DNA of 63,106 nucleotides, filler included, from Bipalium vagum (lineage: Eukaryota): assembly GCA_037834085.1 (NCBI GenBank). It is 3 parts of 3 records of this genome, joined end to end, with 100 filler letters (N's around TTAATTAATTAA, not from the genome) between each part and the next. Parts side by side here need not be neighbours in the genome. Positions count along the whole stretch, not along the records: positions 47,362 to 63,106 come from JBBMKC010148419.1; 2 more parts are not named here. One strand, 5' to 3'. Positions within the stretch are counted from its first letter, which is position 1. Each line of letters starts with the position of its first letter. The position numbers and the translations under genes are program-made. The notes under the pieces are model-generated. The model saw nothing but the letters and a program-made list of their open reading frames with translations. It ran no database searches and had not been told where the DNA came from. Positions 61,901 to 63,106 of this stretch are shown in pieces.

Positions 61901-62209
61901 CTTGTCTTTTTTGTCAAAGCCTTTCGAATAAAGACTATCATTTGATTGATACATCTTGATGGCATTGTCATATTCGTATAGTGAGGATAATGTGAAATCT
62001 CCGGAATCAATTTCAGAATAGTTATCAGCATCTAAGTTTTTGAAACTACTCGGAGAAGAATGTTTGACTTCTTTCCCATCTATTATATGTTCATTTTTAT
62101 ACATATCTTTTAAACTTTTCATTAAATTCTGAATTTTTGAGCACAAAACAGTTTCATTGATAGGTTTTCCAGAATCAAATATTTCTTTGGGAGAATTTCT
62201 TAAGATCAT
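58105..62209 (-). CDS. Uncharacterised ~750-aa K/N/S-rich coiled-coil protein with C-terminal KH-like domain, probably two exons (60482-62209, 58105-58626)
   Basis: The 581-aa ORF ends at a phase-0 donor ATG|GTAAAT (60481). The 181-aa ORF has no early ATG but an in-frame acceptor TTTTCTTCAG|CTT (58627). The joining is inferred. Confidence 0.7.
58894..58963. repeat. (AAT)n microsatellite
   Basis: Long AAT run with two AAC interruptions. Confidence 0.95.
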
Positions 62210-62408
62210 CCAGGACAAAAAGTAGATAATTCAAAGTAAAATTTATAATTATTGATTATATTGAAAACAATGATCAATTAAATTATTTTATTGATTATCA
62301 TATTTTATTTTAATACAAATTGTTATGTAATTTTTGTAATATGATTTATATAACAGAATATACATAAAATTATATATACATTTTAAATATCTTATATATT
62401 ATACTTTA

Positions 62409-62700
62409 CGGTTGATTTATAAGTTCGTGCGATTTTTTCTATATAAACTTTAAAAGCAAAATTTAAATATATTATTTGTTTAAATATTAACAAGTTGCAC
62501 ACCATTTGAAAGCTGAGAAAGAGACGCGTAAGATACCTAATTATATTACCCTATATGGAGTTTGTTGTATATATATATATATTTATTTATTCAGAAAAAA
62601 GCATGAATAAAGTAGAAATCCGTATACTTCTGAAACATTACTGGAGGCAGAACTTCAGAGCCATAGATGCTGCAAGGAAAATATGTGAAGTTGAAGACTG
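62409..62700 (+). mobile_element. mariner 5' fragment
   Basis: TA+CGGTTGATTTATAAGTTCGTGCG TIR, then MNKVEIRILLKHYWRQNFRAIDAARKICEVE, truncated. Confidence 0.85.
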
Positions 62701-63024
62701 AATATTTCAATCTTTTTGTTCACGAATCATTCTAAACTTTTGTCAAATGTAACTTACAAAAAAATTATTTAAAAAAATTCCAGGCTACAATATTGTTAGA
62801 TATTGCTATTTATACCAGTTTTACCGAATATTTCTAAAATTCTGTATAGAAAATGATAAGGACTCAAATTTTGTGATTGCTAACACCTTTTAAATAAAAA
62901 TTGAACCTCGTAAAGTTAAGTTACTAAATATATGAGTATATTAGATATAATTTGTTTAAATAAATTAATCAAAATTGATAAGCAAGTTACGTTGTTTAAA
63001 ATGATATATAGAAATAAGATAAAC

Positions 63025-63106
63025 GTAAACTCTTCACAGTTGACGAAGTTAATGGAATATTCCGACCATATTTTGAACGAAATTTTCGAACTGTGACCAT
63101 CAGACT
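63025..63106 (-). mobile_element. Tc1/mariner N-terminal HTH relic at window edge
   Basis: SLMVTVRKFRSKYGRNIPLTSSTVKSL. Confidence 0.55.

Overview
Very AT-rich eukaryotic (animal, invertebrate-type) genomic scaffold with two 100-nt assembly gaps. A flatworm-like source is a guess from composition and intron size, not demonstrated. I reconstructed seven host genes, the spliced ones by reading GT/GC-AG junctions by eye: (1) an apparently intronless Shaker/Kv1 potassium channel; (2) a single-exon orphan with an MGxxxCC N-terminus and a KH-like C-terminus; (3) a 10-exon HDHD5/CECR5-like HAD hydrolase; (4) an intronless TELO2; (5) a type II (DysF-less, otoferlin-like) ferlin with 21 visible exons whose two ends run into the gaps; (6) a 6-exon STARD7-like lipid-transfer gene; (7) a probable 2-exon orphan also ending in a KH-like domain. 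Most small introns are 42-58 nt. Large introns and intergenic DNA hold more than 20 decayed DNA-transposon relics (mariner, Tc1/Tc3, pogo, hAT, MITEs), none with an intact ORF. No prokaryotic features, CRISPR, tRNA or rRNA were seen. I cannot demonstrate a new biological system. The best leads are the two GxxG-less KH-like orphans, a GC-enriched structured repeat present in two diverged copies, a hairpin/TATA island at 27.4-27.7 kb, unusual splice-site usage in the ferlin, and a long-TIR transposon whose TIR overlaps the transposase coding ends. Boundaries of decayed elements are approximate.
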